Shown: positions 1-12,830 of the stretch, one piece after another | Layout of the letters: the number at the start of each line of letters is the position of its first letter | How positions within the stretch are numbered: the first letter of the stretch is position 1 | Assembly (NCBI RefSeq): GCF_036321535.1 | Contig: NC_087437.1 | Location: 51,648,001 to 51,712,000, forward strand | Reading direction: 5' to 3' | Length of the DNA stretch: 64,000 nucleotides | From: Camelus dromedarius | Lineage: Eukaryota | Notes under the pieces: model-generated | Told to the model about the DNA's origin: nothing | What the model saw: the letters and a program-made list of their open reading frames with translations, nothing else | Database searches by the model: none | Translations under genes and position numbers: made by a program

Positions 1-470
1 AAAGACTTTTCAGAGCAAGGGAGTGGCCAAGAGTGACAGTGCAGAGAGCTCAGTAGGATCAAGACAGACAGGAAGCCTTTCGACTGACAACTGGGAGTCC
101 TTGGTGATCTTGGAAGAGTCTCAACTAAGGGACAGGGGCTGAAGCTAGGCTGGGATGGGTTCAGTGTGGGTGGTGAGAATGTGGAGACAAGGCAATTGGA
201 CTGCTCTCTGGCAGTTTGGGGGAAAGTGAAATGGAAAGGAAATGAGGGAAATCCAGACAAGGAGAAAGAATCCATGAGGATGAAGAGGGAGGAGATCAGG
301 TATATTTGAAGCAAGTTCCAAAAAGCGAGAGCCTGGAACACAGGGGAAGGATGACTCTAAGCAAAAAGAAATAACTTCTTTTGAGATAGAAAAGAAGCAG
401 AGACCCTGAGTCAGGAGAGGGAAGGGTGTTGACCGGGAGGGGAGGCGAGTCACGACTCTCATATTGACGA
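1..470 (-). mobile_element. Old LINE-2 fragment
   Basis: Purine-rich degenerate sequence resembling the L2 antisense consensus (gggagtccttggtgatcttggaagag, tggactgctctctggcagtttgg). Confidence 0.5.
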
Positions 471-1064
471 TGTTTGTGGCCAAATTTATAGTTTACTTAT
501 AGCCATGATAGGTGTGTGAATAACAATCTTACCCCCTGATTTTTCTCATCTGCCCCCAACCTCTTTCCAAGCTTCTTATGTTTTTCTTTTTTAATGGCTC
601 ATCCTTTCCTTCCTGTCCACTAAGTACAGTCACATTCCAGCTATCTGTCCCTTGGAAATCTCCCCTTTTCTCTCCACTGAATTGGTCATGGCCAAGGAAA
701 TGTCCTCTCCTCTTAGGACAAGGGCAATTTTACTCCTCATTCCTTTAAGCATCACACTTTTACTATTTTTACCTCTTTGGATGTAGCATCTGCCAAAGAT
801 TTCCACATTTCCCTGTGGAGGTGGAGACTGCTCTCTGGCCACCAAAACCCACTCCCTCCTTCTTCCACAGTAACAGAGACTGAACACATAGCTGCCCAGT
901 GACATCATTTTCCCAGACTCCTTTGCAGTTATTAGGTGGCCTGCATCTTATCTTGGTTTCCCCCAAAATGAAATGGAGATAAAGGCTTTCATGTGGACCG
1001 TTTATTTGGGAATGTGATCTCAGGGAGCAAGAATGAAGAACAAGGAAGTGAACAAGGAAGGAAG

Positions 1065-1541
1065 TGTTGACTGAAATGATATTACACAACATGAGTGTTG
1101 TGGGTTAAGTTTCATTTGGAGCAAAATGAGGACTATAGCCTGGGAGACAGCATCTCAGATAGCTCTGAGGAACTGCTCGGAAGAGGCAGGGGGGAACTCA
1201 GTATTATATATGATTTTAGTAGAGAGGATACGTGCAGTCAGGACAGAAGCTTGCTGCTAGTCACAGGAGCAGATATCACCATTAATGATTTTAGTGCTTT
1301 TCTAGATATGAGGAGATGTAAGAATCTTCTCCTGAAAAAATCTATCTGAAGCCTGTTCTGCCAGTTTTCCCAGAGCACAGAGTTCCTCATTCCTGATCTC
1401 CACCCTGAAATCCTTTCAGGGTGTGTTGGAGGTCAGCGGCTATAGCAGCTCGTGATTTAATCCAAGCGGAGGTAGGTGGCAAGTGACAATGTAATTTAAT
1501 CCTTGTAGAGGCAGGTGGCAAGTGCCAGTTTTTAGTTGACA
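1065..1541 (-). mobile_element. ERV1-class solo LTR (MER41-like artiodactyl family)
   Basis: TG...CA ends with an inverted terminal repeat (tgttgact...agttgaca), a 4-bp TSD GAAG (1061-1064, 1542-1545), and the diagnostic segment gggagacagcatctcagatagctctgaggaactgctc. Confidence 0.8.
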
Positions 1542-1554
1542 GAAGGATATGTTT

Positions 1555-2316
1555 TTTTAAAAACAATTTTACTGAAGTATAGTTCATATACAATGTAGTG
1601 TTAGTTTTTGTTGTACAGCAAAGTGATTCAGTTATATATATATATATTCTTTTTCATATTCTTTTCCATTATGGTTTATTATAGAATATTGAATATAGTT
1701 CCCTGTGCTATATAGTAGGGCCTTGTTGTTTATCAATTTTATATACAGTAGTTAGTATCTGCTAATCCAAAACTCCTAATTTATCTCTCCCCCTTTCCTC
1801 TTTAGTAACCATGTATGTTTTCTATGTGTAGAAGTCTGTTTCTGTCTTTTGTATAAGTTCTTTTGTATCATGTTTTAGATTCCCCATATAAGTGATATCA
1901 TATGATATTTGTCTTTCTCTTTCTGACTTACTTCACTTAGTATGATAATCTCTAGGTCCATCCATGTTGCTGCAAATGACATTATTTCATTTTTAATGGC
2001 TGAGTAGTATTCCACTAAAATATATACCACACCTTCTTTATCCAGTCATCTGTTGATGCACATTTAGGTTGCTTCCACATCTTGGTTATTGTAAATACTG
2101 CTTCTATGAACATTGGGGTGCATGTATCTTTTCAAGAGTTTTCATCTTTTCCAGATATATGCCCAGGAGTAGATTGGCTGGATCATATGGCAACTCTATT
2201 TTCAGCTCTTTAAGGAACCTCCATACTGTCCTCATAGTGGCTGCACCAATTTACATTCCAAACAATAGTGTAGGAGGGTTCCCTTTGCTCCACACAGTCT
2301 CCAGCATTTGTTGTTT
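1555..2316 (-). mobile_element. 5'-truncated L1 3' end
   Basis: Typical L1 3' UTR and ORF2 C-terminus antisense text (ttctgacttacttcacttagtatg, gctatgaacattggggtgc-like); TSD gaaggatRtgttt at 1542-1554 and 2319-2331. Confidence 0.9.
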
Positions 2317-2749
2317 AGGAAGGATGTGTTTGTGAGTTGGCCACTGCTATGTATGACTGGTGCTCAAACTAGAGGATGTTCTGATAAGCCGCATGCATCT
2401 CAGAGTTGTCTGCTTGAGGAATGAAAGAGGAAGGATTTATCCTTTGGCTTCCATTCCCTACTGATCAAATCTTTAGAGTCTAAGAATAGCTCCATAAGCC
2501 TTAAATCCCCCTGTATTTGGGGTTGCACATGTATAAGTGCCAATAGCATTGAGGACAGAACTAGATGTACATAGCACTGGGCCCAAGGCAAGGGACCATC
2601 AGGTTGCCAGGCTAAGAGCTGGTTGAAATCTGTGCAAAACTGGACACCAAAGCAGTGGCTGAAGTAAAAGTTATAGCCAAGAGGATTTGAAGTGGTGCAC
2701 AAGGGGGCTCCTGTAGTACTCAGATCTGTTCTTACCTTTCACCACCTCC

Positions 2750-3760
2750 AGTTCACCAGAGTCCTCATCAAGAAGGTGATCAGCTACAACTTCCACAAGA
2801 ACATAATACAAGAGTGTTAGTAGAACTAGCTGTGGTCTCCACTGGTGCAGCTGGTCCCAAAGCTGAAACTGTTACGTTATTTACCACCTTCTCTCCAACA
2901 CCATCACAGATTTCCCTCTCTGTCAGCCAGCACTTTGATTGGTGTGGGTTGATTGCCTGGTGGGGACACCTAGTCCTTCATTCCAAAGGATCTGAGCCTT
3001 AGCTACCCTGCCTCCATTGGGCAGTGGTTGCAGTAATTGCCTGCTCACCATTATCAGTGGGCACGGAAACTCTGAGTTTCAGTCATCTGTCCTGCTCCCA
3101 TCATATAGCAAGCGTAGCTCTTCATGGCAATCAGAGTCATTTATCATCCCCTGCTCATAATCTTTCCTTACTGGTCCCCTGGCATAGGATTCCCAAGGGT
3201 CCAGGTAGTAGGTATAGCTTCAGATCCCTCTGGTATTGCCTGTCTGATGTTTCCCCCTCTTCCCCGACTGCAGGAGCCAGGTCTTTTAATACTACAGAGC
3301 ACAAGGCTGTAGGTACTGACCAGAATCACAAAGTCTGAAAGTAGACCACTGGGAGTGATGGGGAGAGGGGTCAACTCTACTTCTACCACTTGGTTCCTGG
3401 ATGCACGTTGAACAGCTCCTAAGGAAACAACACTGTGTATCACCCATTGGCTAGTACCTATACTTCATCTTAGAGGATGCGCCTCAACCCCGTAGGATGT
3501 TGTCTTGAAGCTCGTGCCTTAAATGAGACTTTCACAGGCCATTCCAACATTCTCGTAGGCTGTTTGTTTCCAGGTGCTGAGAACACAGTAAGATCAATAG
3601 ATCCTGTGATCATATGTCCATTTCACACTTCCTTTGCCATCAGATAGGTTCCTCATCCTGAAGTAATGATGTGTGACACATTGAGCTAATAGACAAGGAA
3701 TTTTGTAAGCCTAATGTTGGAGGTGCTGGTGGAAAGAACTACAGGCAGGAAAGGAATCCA
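2750..3760 (-). mobile_element. ERVL internal relic (pol integrase region)
   Basis: ORF 3168-3443 contains SRNQVVEVELTPLPITPSGLLSDF, resembling ERV-L pol SRNQGVEVEVAPLTITPSDPLAKF; many stops. Confidence 0.8.
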
Positions 3761-4569
3761 GGGAAGATGGATGCTCTTTGGGCGGCAAAGGACAGTCAGG
3801 TGGAAATCAGTATGATTGTTCCATGGCTGCTGAAGGCCTGGGGCAAGTTCTCTGTGTCATAAATTTGCTTGAAGGGCCTTCCCTTCAGGATCTCAGAGAA
3901 AATGGCCCACCAGGAACGTGTGGCGAGGGCCTCAGCCTCACTCAACTGGGCAGGGCTGCACGGGCCATACACTACACAACACCAGGGTGGGGGGCATTTG
4001 CAAAACTATGACGTGCATGGTACCACCTGGAGTTTCACAGTGGGGAAATTCTGCACAAGAGCATCATATTTCAGCCCTAGTGATGTCAGGTGTGTGCTGG
4101 GGAGCTTTGTCACAGAACTATCTGATGCTAAGTGAACATCTGCCTACTATCAGCTGAATCTGAGGTTGGAGACAGGGTGTGGGTCTTAACATCTTCCCTT
4201 GCCTTGAATCTCGCAGAGGTCCTACCACCCCACTCACCTCCAAAATCCTCCAGGCCTTCTTGCGTCCTTCACTCATTTTCTCCCTCTCTGTAGTGGGAGG
4301 GGTGGTGACTAATGCAGAGGCTTACGTACATGAGAGTTTTCTGAGTCACTTCAGTATGTGGGGATACTGGAGCAGTTTAAGGTAAAGCTGTCACCACGAT
4401 TCTAGTGACAAAAAATAGCTCCAGGCATTCTAGCCACACCTTCCCACTGAGGCCCTCACAGTGCTTCCATTTTATGCTCACAACATCTCTCTGAAGGTGG
4501 AAGTGCCTAAGAGAACACACCCCTCATTTAACCCCAGGAGAAACCGAGGAAAAGTGACTTTGCCAATGT

Positions 4570-4910
4570 CAGATAGAATGGTTGTGTCTCCTTCTAAATC
4601 TCACATGTTGAAAGCCTAATCCACAATGTGTTGATATTTTGAGGTAGGGCCTTTGGGAGGTGATTAGTCATAGGGTGGAGCCCTCATGAATGGACTTGAT
4701 GTCCTCATAGGAAGAGATGCAAGAGAACTGATCTCTTTCTCTGCCAGGTGAGGATACAGCAAGTGGCCATCTGCTGAACAGGAGGAGGATCTTCACCAAG
4801 AACCCAGCCGTGCTGGTACTGGTCTTGGACTTATAGCCTCTAGAACTGTGAGAAATAAATGTTTGCTGTCTATAGTATTTTGTTATAGCAGCCCAAATGG
4901 CGAAGATACC
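4570..4910 (+). mobile_element. MaLR LTR (MLT1A-like)
   Basis: gggcctttgggaggtgattag...gcctctagaactgtgagaaataaatgtttg...ttatagcagccc. Confidence 0.85.
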
Positions 4911-5007
4911 CAGGATCACACAGCAATTTCTTAGCAGAGCCTTCTACCTCAGTGCATCATTACTCAGACAATTGCTATTTCTGTTTGCAAACCCCACAAG
5001 GGTATCA

Positions 5008-5585
5008 TTGTATCACTCAGGGTCCAATCAGGAGACAGAAACCACACAATGCCTTCAACAGGGGAAGTTTAACATAACTATAACCGGGGATTGGGATAAA
5101 GAAAGGTTGGCTAATTGGTGGAGAAAACTCAAGTGAATACAGGAGCAGCAAATATAGGGGGCAGCCTCTACCCCTACAGCTGAGACAGACACCCAAAGAA
5201 GGAACAAATCTGCAAGAGGATCTCCCTCTGCGTGGCAGCCCGGGCTCATGAGGCGGTGAAGTCTGCCGAGGAGCTGTGCCAGCAGGACTCACTGGGGTTG
5301 GGGGGAGCTGCCCATGGAGAGGGGCCGGTGCTGCTGGCTGCTGGGTGCCACAGAAGCTGCGGGCAGCTGGACCAGCTGCTGCACAAGTCTCATGCTGCAG
5401 GAGGCTGTTGGGGAGCACGCTGGAAACTGGAAGGCTGGCCCCTTCCTCCTCCAGCTTCTTTCCAGTGCCCACTACTGAGAAAGCTTAGCATTTGGCCAGC
5501 TGGCAAAGATGAAATATCTCAAGGTCCAGCTCCATTATCATAGAGTAGACTCAAGCTGAGGGGCAATAAGTCGACAACTGGCACA
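5008..5585. mobile_element. ERVL-class LTR (LTR40/41-like)
   Basis: Starts tgtatcactcagggtccaatcaggagacagaaaccacac and ends acaactggcaca. Confidence 0.55.
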
Positions 5586-5789
5586 TGTGACATAGAACCT
5601 GGAGTCCCCGATTCAGAGTATTTTAATTTCATTTGGCAGCTCTCAGTTCCAAACCGAGCTTCCAAAGAGGAGAATCTCCAGGCTCAGGAAGGAGGAAAGG
5701 GGTGGCAGGAATTTCAGGAGGCAGATCAGTAAGACACCCAGCCAGGGAATTCTCTCAGGGAAGGGAGGAACCCATAATACGGGTTTTTG

Positions 5790-6285
5790 TACTTTTAAAT
5801 TGAGGTATACTTTACATACAATTAAGTGCACTAATCTTTAAGGGTACTACTTGACAAATTTTTGCATATGTGTAAACCCATGAGATCCCTCTTCAGATAA
5901 AGAAAGAATATTCCCAGCACCCCAGAGGGCTGTCTCATTCCCCTTCAGGTCAACACAGAAATCCCACTATTCTGACTCCTATCAGCATAGACTGGTCTCC
6001 CTGATTTGTCGTTGTTGTTTCCTTTCTCGTTTTTTTTTTTTGTTGTTGTTGTTTTTTCTGGAGGGAATTTTACCTCAGGGCAGAAAACTTGAAATCCCAA
6101 CAGAGCAAAGGGTGGATTTGAGGGAAGCCTAAGAGCCCCTCCCATCGCTCACCCCTGAATGGATTTTTCTGGTTTCCCTGGTTTTTAATTTCATATGCAT
6201 GGAGGTGTGTAGTAGCTGCCCTTTGGTTTCTGCTTTCTGTATCACTGTCTCTGTGAGATTCATCCACCTTGTGGGGAGTAGTAAG
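5790..6285 (-). mobile_element. Old L1M 3' UTR fragments
   Basis: ttgaggtatactttacatacaattaagtgcactaatctttaaggg, cccactattctgact and gtgagattcatcc are L1MC/ME 3' hallmarks. Confidence 0.7.
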
Positions 6286-7689
6286 GCCACAGCAATTTGG
6301 AAAAGGAACATAAAGGAAAATCAGCCATGATGTGCACTAGACTGTTTCCTACGCAGACGTCTGGCTACAAGCATAGCTACGTACCTGCTCTCCATGATGC
6401 ACAAATGTGAATGTATTTCCAGATCATCGTCACTTTATTGACTGTGTGGTGCTCTGTCGTGCGGGCCCAGCAAGCCCAGGTAAATAGATAAGCCTCTGAA
6501 CTGAAAGGCACCATCCAGTGGGTGGCACAGGGCAGGCCCCGGAACCATTCATGTTGCTGCTGAGTCTTCAGAGTCTGCAACTGGCAAAGTCAGCATGGAA
6601 AGGAGGACCTCAGGGAGCAGATCCAGCCACTCAATGGACAGGGCTTAACTAGAAAAAAGTGGGCTGGGATTCACAGTGGGGCTAGCCTGGGGCAGACTGG
6701 AGGGGCACCCAGCACCCCATATAAGGCCCTGGGGGTAAGTGGTTGCAACTCAGAGATGAATAGGTGTCAGGCCCTCAGAAAACCCACTCTAGTGCCACGG
6801 CCTGCCAGATTGGGATGGGGGTGGGAGGGGTGGTCTAATTAATGAGCTGGTCCTTTTTGCTCCTTCCCAGGGGTTCAGGACATGGGGCTGCAGTAGAGCT
6901 GAGCAGGTGATGCCGGAACTTTGGTTGCAAGAAAAGAATGTACTGGAAAGATACTGGCAGATTTCATGAAACCTAAGGACTGGAAGGGTAGGAGACCTTG
7001 GGGGGACCCAAAAGGCAGGAATCAGGTTTCCCTCTCTTGTTTTGTGCACGCACGCTCCCTCTCTCTGGCTGTGCAAGGGCTCTCTCGTTTGCTTCCCTCT
7101 GCCCGTGTCCCCACTCTCATGCTTCTCTCAGCCAGAATGAAATTTGGCTGTTTCAGCCTCATTCTCTGAGGCCTGTAGGTGAAGGGCCGTGGAGTCCATC
7201 TCAGTCCCAAGAGACGGGAACCAGTTAGTAACGTCTTCTCCCCATACTTTGGATCCTCGGGGGCTCAGGCAACCAGGATGAGGGGAAATTTGGTGCAGTC
7301 ATGGCCTCTGGGATTGTGGGGGAAGGGGTCTCTAAGAAGCACGGTCAGGAGAAGTGATGGGTGATTTTAGTGTCCAGGAAAAGAAGAGCAGGTGAGGTCT
7401 GGCATTGGGAAAGTTGTCCTCTGGAGTTTCCATCCAGAACCACCTCTACAGTTGGCGGTGTTCTGACGAGGGTCTGAGGGCTTAATCAGCTCAGGAGTTG
7501 GGTGACAGAGGCAGTAGGGAAAGAACTAGTAGTTTCGATCTCTTGCTGATGGGAGCTGAGTGGCAGGACATTTGGAGACCTGCTGAAGTTCCAGTACCAG
7601 GAAAGGAGTGTTAGGTAGAGACAAGAAAGCCCCAAGGGGCCCAAACTGAGTCTGTGGTGAGCAGGGTTGAGGGGTGGGCAGAGGCTTTG

Positions 7690-7890
7690 GAGCCTAAGGA
7701 CCAGGACTGAATTCTCAGCTCTGTCATTTCTTAGGCTATGATATGAACATTGGGTGAGTCACTTCACCATTCTGACACCAGTGTCCTCTTCTATAACTGA
7801 GATAATAACACTTACCCTGCAGGGTGGGTGCTAAAATTAGAGGTAACGTTGCATGGATCATCGTGCTCTGGTAGCTGCACACTAAAAACC
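7690..7890 (+). mobile_element. MIR SINE
   Basis: MIR core-like ttgggtgagtcacttcaccattctg...cttctataactgagataataacacttacc. Confidence 0.7.
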
Positions 7891-8140
7891 AGAAGGAGAG
7901 AGGAGGTGAGTCCCAGCGTGGGTCTCCCTGATTGCTTGGAAGATGCTGTTGTAGGCTTTTGACAGAGCAGGATTGGTGTAGAGTCTGGGGGTCTTTCAAG
8001 GGCCTTGCAATGATGCTGGAGACCTCCAATTAGAAGATTGGCTCAACATACAAAACAAAAACTCCACAGCTGAAATTGACAAAGGTTATGTCATCAGCAA
8101 CTCAACTAACTCATTAATAATTTAACCTTAAATTATTCTT

Positions 8141-8451
8141 TTGAAATTTTATTTATTTATTTTTAACATTTATTTTTAATTTGCATTCTTTTTTATTGAA
8201 GTGTAGTCAGTTTACAATGTTGTGTCGATTTCTGACATACAGCATAATGTTTCAGTCATACATATACACACATATATTCCTTTTCATATTCTTTTTCATG
8301 ATAGGTTACAACAAGATATTGAATATAATTCCCTGTGCTATACAGTAGAATCTTGTTGTTTATATAGTTTATATATAGTAGTTATTATCTGCAAATCTTG
8401 AACTCCCAATTTATCCTTTTTTACCCCCTGGTAACCGTAAGTTTGTTTTCT
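8141..8451 (-). mobile_element. Short L1 3' end insertion
   Basis: T-rich tail plus L1 3' UTR, flanked by the 13-bp TSD ttaaattattctt (8128-8140, 8452-8464). Confidence 0.9.
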
Positions 8452-8514
8452 TTAAATTATTCTTAGATATAAACTCTACAAAAGTTATACAGGCCATATT
8501 ATGTTGGCATCAGA

Positions 8515-8700
8515 GTGACTAGCTTTGAATTTTGGCTCCCCGACTTACCAGCTGTGTGATTTGGTGCAAGTCACTGAACCTCTCTTTGCCTGTTCCTCAA
8601 CTGCAAAATGGGAATGAATAGGAATAGTGCCTACTTCAGAAGGTTGTTGTGAAATACTTAGAATGATGCCTGGCACATAGCAGTTCTGGCTATTAGTATG
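8515..8700 (+). mobile_element. MIR SINE
   Basis: cttaccagctgtgtgatttggtgcaagtcactgaacctctct...ctgcaaaatgggaat. Confidence 0.8.
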
Positions 8701-8724
8701 TTTACTGTAGGATAAGGGTGCATT

Positions 8725-11700
8725 TTATTTATTTATTTTATTTTATTTTTTAATCAGCTGTTTAATTTTATTTTTTTAACATTTTTTTGAGTTATAATCA
8801 TTTTACAATGTTGTGTCAAATTCCAGTGTAAAGCAGTTTTTCAGTTGTACATGAACATGTATATATTCATTGTCACATTTTTTTCTCTGTGAGCTACCAT
8901 AAGATCTTGTATATATTTCCCTGTGCTATACAGTATATTCTTGTTTATCTATTCTACATTTTGAAATCCCAGTCTGTCCCTTCCCACCCCCTGCCCCCTT
9001 GGCAACCACAAGTTTGTATTCTATGTCTATGAGTCTATTTCTGTTTTGTATTTATGTTCTTTTTTTTAGGTTCCACATATGAGTGATCTCATATGGTATT
9101 TTTCTTTCTCTTTCTGGCTTACTTCACTTAGAATGACATTCTCCAGGGATATCCATGTTGCTGCAAATGGCGTTATGTTGTTGGTTTCTATGGCTGAATA
9201 GTATTCCACTGTATAAATATGCCACATCTTCTTTATCCAGTCATCTGTTGATGGGCATTTAGGCTATTTCCATGTCTTGGCTATTGTAAATAGTGCTGCT
9301 ATGAACATTGGGGTGCAGGTGTCCTCCCGAAGTAGGGTTCCTTCTGGATATATGCCCAGGAGTGGAAATCCTGGGTCATATGGTAAGTCTATTCCTAGTC
9401 TTTTCAGAAATCTCCATACTGTTTTCCACAGTGGCTGCACCAAACTGCATTCCCACCAGCAGTGTAGGAGGGTTCCCTTTTCTTCATAGCCTCTCCAGCA
9501 TTTGTCATTTGTGGACTTTTGAATGATGGCCATTCTGACTGGTGTGAGGTGATATTTCATTGTAGTTTTGACTTGCATTTCTCTGATAATTAGTGATATT
9601 GAGCATTTTTTCATGTGCCTATTGATCATTTGTATTTCTTCCTTGGAGAATTGCTTGTTTAGGTCTTTGGCCCATTTTTGAATGGGGTTGTTTGTTTCTT
9701 TCTTGTTAAGTCATATGAGCTGCTTATATATTCTGGAGATCAAGCCTTTGTCAGTTTCATTTGCAAATATTTTCTCCCATTCCATAGGTTGTCTTTTTGT
9801 CTTACTTATGGTTTCCTTTGCTGTGCAGAAACTTGTAATTTTAATTAGGTCCCATTTGTTTATTCTTGCTTTTATTTCTATTGCTTTGGTAGACTGTCCT
9901 AGGAGAACATTTTTGAGATGTATGTCAGATAATGTTTTGCCTATATTTTCTTCTAGGAGGTTTATTGTATCTTATCTTATGTATAAGTCTTTGATCCATT
10001 TTGAGTTTATTTTTGTGTATGGCGTAAGGGAGTGTTCTAGCTTCATTGATTTACATGCTGCTGTCCAGTTTTCCCAACACCATTTGCTGAAGAGACTGTC
10101 TTTATTCCATTGTACATTCTTGCCTCCTTTGTCGAAGATTAGTTGACCAAAAGTTTGTGGGTTCAGTTCTGGTCTCTCTATTCTGTTCCATTGGTCTATA
10201 TGTCTGTTTTTGTACCAATACCATGCTGTCTTGGTGACTGTAGCTCTATAGTATTGTCTGAAGTCTGGGAGAGTGATTCCTCCAGCCTCTTTCTTTTTCT
10301 TCAGTAATGCTTTAGCAATTATAGGTCTTTTGTGGTTCCATATAAATTTTATTATGATTTGTTCTAGTTCTGTGAAATATGTCCTGGGTAATTTGATAGG
10401 GATTGCATTAAATCTGTAGATTGCCTTGGGCAGTGTGACCATTTTAACAATATTGATTCTTCCAATCCACGAGCATGGGATATCTTTCCATTTTCTAAAG
10501 TCTTCTTTAATTTCCTTCATCAATGGTTTATAGTTTTCTGTGTATAATTCTTTCACCTCCTTGGTTAGATTTATTCCTAGGTATTTTATTACTTTGGGTG
10601 CTATTTTAAAGGGGATTGTTTCTTTACTTTCTTTTTCTGTTGATTCATCGTTAGTGTAAAGAAATGCAACTGATTTTTGAATGTTAATCTTGTAACCTGC
10701 TACCTTGCTGAATTCTTCGATTAGTTCTAGTAGTTTTTGTGTGGACCTTTTAGGGTTTTCTATATATAGTATCATGTCATCTGCAAATAGTGACACTTTT
10801 ACCTCTTCTTTTCCAATTTGGGGCCTTTTATTTCTCTCTCTTGCCTGATTGCTGTGGCTAGGACTTCCAAGACTATGTTGAATAGGAGTAGTGATAGTGG
10901 GCAGCCTTGTCTTGTCCCAGATTTTAGTGGGAAGCTTTTGAGTTTTTCACCATTGAGTACTATGCTGGCTGTAGGTTTGTCATATATAGCTTTTATTATG
11001 TTGAGATATGTTCCCTCTATACCCACTTTGGTGAGAGCTTTTATCATAAATGGGTGTTGAATTTTATCAAATGCTTTTTCTGCAACTATTGAGATGATCA
11101 TGTGGTTTTCATCCTTTCTCTTGTTTATGTGATGTATTACATTGATTGATTTGCATATGTTGAACCACCCTTGTGTCCCTGGGATGAACCCCTCTTGGTC
11201 ATGATGTATAATCTTTTTTATGTGCTGTTGGATTCTATTTGCTAATATTTTGGTGAGGATTTTTGCAACTATGTTCATCAGTAATATTGGCCTATAATTC
11301 TCTTTTTTGGTAGTGTCTTTGCCTGGTTTTGGTATTGGGGTGATGGTGGCTTCATAGAATGAGTTTGGGAGTATTCCCTCCTTTTCAATCTTCTGGAAGA
11401 GTTTGAGAAGGACTGGTATGAGTTCTTCTCTGTATGTTTGGTAGAATTCCCCGGTGAAGCTGTCCGGTCCTGGACTTTTATTTGTAGGGAGGTTTTTTAT
11501 TGCTAATTCTATTTCATTTCTAGTGATCGGTTTGTTCAAGTGGTCAGTTTCTTCTTGGTTCAGTCTTGGTAGACTGTTTGTTTCCAGAAACTTGTCCATC
11601 TCCTCTAGGTTATGCATTTTGGTTCCATATAGTTTTTTATAATATTCTCTTACAATATTCTGTATTTCCATGTTATTTGTTGTAATTTCTCCATTTTCCT

Positions 11701-12325
11701 TTCTTATTTTGCTTATTTGTGCTCTCTCTTTTTTCTTCTTTGTGAGTTTGGCCAGAGGTTTGTCGATTTTATTTACTTTTTCAAAAAACCAGCTTTTGGT
11801 TTAATTGATTTTTCCTATGGTTTCTTAAATCTCTATTTTATTTATTTCCTCCCTGATCCTTATTATTTATTTCCTTCTGCTGCCTTTTGGGGTTTTTTGC
11901 TCTTCTTTTTCTAATTCTTTTAGCTGGTGGGTTAGGTTGTTTATTTGAGATTTTTTTTTTGAGGAAGGCCTGTATCGCTATAAACTTCCCTCCTAGCACT
12001 GCCTTTGCTGTGTCCCATAAATTTTATGTGGTTGTGTTTTCATTTGCATTTGTCTCAAGGTATTTTTAATTTCAACTTTGATTTCATCATTGACCCATTG
12101 GTTTTTAAATAGCATGTTGTTTAATCTCCATGTTTTTCTTTTTTTTTCTCCTTTGTTTCTCTGTAGTTGATTTCTAGTTTCATGGCATTGGGTCAGTGAA
12201 GATGCTTGAGATAATTTCTATCTTCTTAAAATTGTTGAGGCTTCTTTTGTGCCCAAGTACATGATCAATTCTAGAAGATGTTCCACGTGCACTTGAAAAG
12301 AATGTATATTCTGTTTTGGGGGGAT
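8725..12325 (-). mobile_element. Young 5'-truncated LINE-1 (~3.6 kb) with disrupted ORF2
   Basis: ORFs 10799-11671 ([23 protein letters not shown]), 9972-10796 ([10 protein letters not shown] reverse-transcriptase motif) and 9264-9629 (C-terminal [14 protein letters not shown]) are L1 ORF2p. A frameshift falls just before FADD, and the T-rich tail is at 8725-8790. Confidence 0.97.
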
Positions 12326-12496
12326 ATATTTTAAAATACTTGGTATAATTAAGGTAGGGCCTTCAAAGTAAGGGACTGAGCCTCGTAAAGGTCTTAAAAC
12401 AGCCCTTATCAGGTTTGAGTGACTATATTTTTATGTAAATCAAGTGTAACTCAGATCATAAACCACAGATGTGTGATTGTATCTTCATAAAAATTA

Positions 12497-12830
12497 ATGG
12501 TTCTCTGCAGGGCGATACTGCTCCCCAGAGTATTTTGGAAATTTGTATTTTTTTTTTTTTTTGGTCATAATGAATAGAGGTTGCCACCGGTATCTAGAGG
12601 GGACACACTGGCACAAGAAAAGATTTCTCCTGTGTCCCTCAGGACTTTTAAATACAAGTGGAAAACCTGTTTATAAAGATCTAATTCTAGAATCTAACTG
12701 AACCTGGAATTATGTAGGTGAAAAACCTGCTTACAATTACTTGAGCCCAGAACTAATTCCATTTTGTTTTGTTTTGTTTTACATAGGAATATACTGATTT
12801 AGCCTGTATGGCAAAATGTCCAGTGTAAAG
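12497..12830 (+). mobile_element. hAT-Charlie MER20B-like element, 5' part
   Basis: tggttctc start; tgtaggtgaaaaacctg..taca attacttgagcccagaactaattcc..ttttacata matches my recollection of the MER20B consensus. Confidence 0.6.

Larger units (their letters stand above)
935..2700. mobile_element. Old ERVL LTR (LTR16/LTR33-like) interrupted by an ERV1 solo LTR and an L1 3' end
   Basis: tttatttgggaatgtgatctcagggagcaag before 1065 continues as ctcagagttgtctgcttgagg...gatttatcc after 2331; adjacent to an ERVL internal relic. Confidence 0.55.

Noticed and set aside
9264..11671. Reverse transcriptase ORFs as a functional or domesticated gene
   Set aside because: Ordinary 5'-truncated L1 ORF2 with frameshifts and no ORF1 or promoter.
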